A stretch of DNA of 64,000 nt from an uncultured bacterium (GTDB taxonomy: Bacteria; Desulfobacterota; GWC2-55-46). Below are positions 63,978 through 64,000 of this stretch, one piece after another. Under the pieces are notes generated by a model. The model searched no databases, was not told where the DNA came from, and saw only the letters and a program-made list of their open reading frames with translations. Location of the stretch: positions 3,052 through 67,051 of the forward strand of contig CAJPGC010000034.1 of the NCBI GenBank assembly GCA_905339405.1, read 5' to 3'. Made by a program: the position numbers and the translations under genes. Numbering within the stretch: position 1 is the stretch's first letter; each line of letters begins with the position of its first letter.

Positions 63978-64000
63978 TATGAAAGTTGGCTGGCCGGCCG

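Noticed and set aside
1-64000. Search for CRISPR arrays, tRNA/rRNA genes, IS transposases, integrases, toxin-antitoxin or known defence systems
   Set aside because: None were detected by eye. Mobile DNA in the window is limited to small non-autonomous palindromic repeats.

Overview
This is a GC-rich bacterial chromosomal window with dense coding on both strands; gene content suggests an anaerobic Gram-negative, Deltaproteobacteria/Desulfuromonadales-like or Nitrospirae-like, but that is inference only. No rRNA, tRNA, CRISPR array, transposase or recognisable defence system was found. The main content, in order, is as follows.
(1) 1-2000: cell-envelope sugar genes (a GT2 C-terminal fragment, an NAD-epimerase, a methyltransferase).
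(2) 2084-4986: a minus-strand stress-protein cluster (UspA, a ferritin-like protein, DUF883/YqjD-like proteins, a holin-X-like protein, YHS+DUF883), followed by a chlorite-dismutase-family protein.
(3) 6322-15389: a GH13 glucanase, ArfB, a fused membrane/spermidine-synthase-like protein, RF3 (prfC) and a CBS-type family II pyrophosphatase.
(4) 16492-18668: an operon of an HTH/Zn-ribbon regulator, an outer-membrane beta-barrel and two tandem paralogous triheme c-type cytochromes.
(5) 18896-30788, the most interesting region: a SAM-I riboswitch with an intrinsic terminator sits in front of a threonine-synthase-family PLP enzyme. The following genes are a dissimilatory-type (Dsr-like) sulfite-reductase-like protein, TusA, a MoaD/ThiS-type sulfur carrier ending GG-AA, a stand-alone NIL domain, a CysM/CysK cysteine synthase, a JAMM (Mec+) protease, a MoeB/ThiF E1, an atypical radical-SAM-like protein, a DASS transporter, APS reductase and ATP sulfurylase. 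Taken together this looks like a complete sulfate -> protein-thiocarboxylate -> Cys/homocysteine assimilation locus, in which the threonine-synthase homologue is probably a MetM-like homocysteine synthase under SAM control.
(6) 32235-39180: a pilin-like gene followed by a lipoprotein/outer-membrane cluster (LPP20/FlgT-like, DUF799, CsgG-family, TPR+SLH lipoprotein, LPP20-like, OM beta-barrel). This may be an uncharacterised surface-assembly/secretion module.
(7) 39816-46390: two-component proteins, including a sensor kinase whose periplasmic domain carries a CxxCH heme-c motif, plus nadB, a lytic transglycosylase and pgsA.
(8) 46530-56220: a type IV pilus locus in Geobacter gene order (pilB-pilT-pilC-pilS-pilR-pilA). 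It has a sigma54 promoter and TGACA-N5-TGTCA palindromes upstream of pilA, a pilin whose N-terminus is near-identical to the Geobacter pilin, and a TMTC-like TPR glycosyltransferase candidate.
(9) 56223-63977: a minus-strand cluster with three radical-SAM enzymes (one B12-binding, two SPASM/twitch-like), GT9 and GT2 glycosyltransferases and a TPP-dependent E1 alpha/beta pair.
A family of short MITE/REP-like palindromic intergenic repeats, at least 5 copies, follows stop codons across the window. A separate ~125-bp duplicated intergenic element flanks the threonine-synthase-like gene. Many long antisense ORFs in the six-frame track are GC-driven artefacts.
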